A DNA stretch of 64,000 bases from Paraspadella gotoi. Lineage: Eukaryota > Animalia > Chaetognatha. Shown in pieces: positions 63,506-64,000 of the stretch. Every line of letters starts with the position of its first letter. The stretch's first letter is position 1. The notes below the pieces were generated by a model that was not told the DNA's origin, ran no database searches, and saw nothing but the letters and a program-made list of their open reading frames with translations. The stretch spans positions 2,550,182-2,614,181 of the forward strand of contig CM119263.1 of NCBI GenBank assembly GCA_051294375.1, read 5' to 3'. The position numbers were made by a program, and so were the translations under genes.

Positions 63506-63601
<96 letters not shown>

Positions 63602-63738
63602 ACTCCTCTCTCTCTCTCTTCTCTCTCTCTCCATCGTCGTCTCCCACTCCATCTCGTCAAGAGCTATTTTCCATTACCACCGGCGCCACGGACTACGGCA
63701 ATAAATCCCCCCTCATTTCTCCCCCTCTAAATCCACTC

Positions 63739-63824
<86 letters not shown>

Positions 63825-64000
63825 TCTTTCTTTCCCTAAGAAGGTCAATTTTTTTTCAACGGAAGCGTTTGCTTGATTGTTGAAGCGATTGTTACAAGCT
63901 TCTTAGAATACTAAATCTTTATTATTTAATGTCGCTTATCTTGACTAAAATTATTATATTATTTCTTGTTCTACTTTGAATCCTACGATTTCAGATATTC

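Larger units (their letters stand above)
57134..64000. repeat. Tandem segmental duplication unit 2 (runs off the window)
   Basis: Near-identical to 49146-56083, with many 1-nt indels. Confidence 0.95.

Overview
This is eukaryotic DNA from a compact animal (probably invertebrate) genome, with GC/CpG-rich exons and short AT-rich spliceosomal introns of about 55-130 nt. There is no prokaryotic, CRISPR, rRNA or tRNA signal. Positions 1-26 kb hold six minus-strand loci: the 5' end of an off-window gene, Staufen, CDV3, WAVE/SCAR, a small 2-TM PPxY protein and PNISR. Positions 28.8-46.6 kb hold seven tightly packed plus-strand genes: NELF-A, SECISBP2, SDHC, a CD225/dispanin protein, an unknown nuclear protein, a BTB-C2H2 protein and a C2H2 protein. 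An ankyrin-repeat gene follows. After it comes a head-to-tail duplication of about 8.0 kb (49146-57133, repeated from 57134) carrying an orphan gene, protein disulfide isomerase and the 3' end of a CFAP58-like gene. The two copies differ mostly by 1-nt indels, so an assembly artefact is a strong possibility. The main leads are: (1) an ~11-copy 25-bp array made from the Arp2/3-binding acidic-Trp codons plus the stop codon of WAVE; (2) strand-clustered, operon-like gene packing, including an intron bridging two adjacent genes; (3) a spliced 33-aa uORF; (4) lineage-specific extensions of NELF-A and SECISBP2; (5) several unannotated foldback, MITE-like and Helentron-like repeats. All gene names come from recalled motif similarity, and exon boundaries were read by eye.
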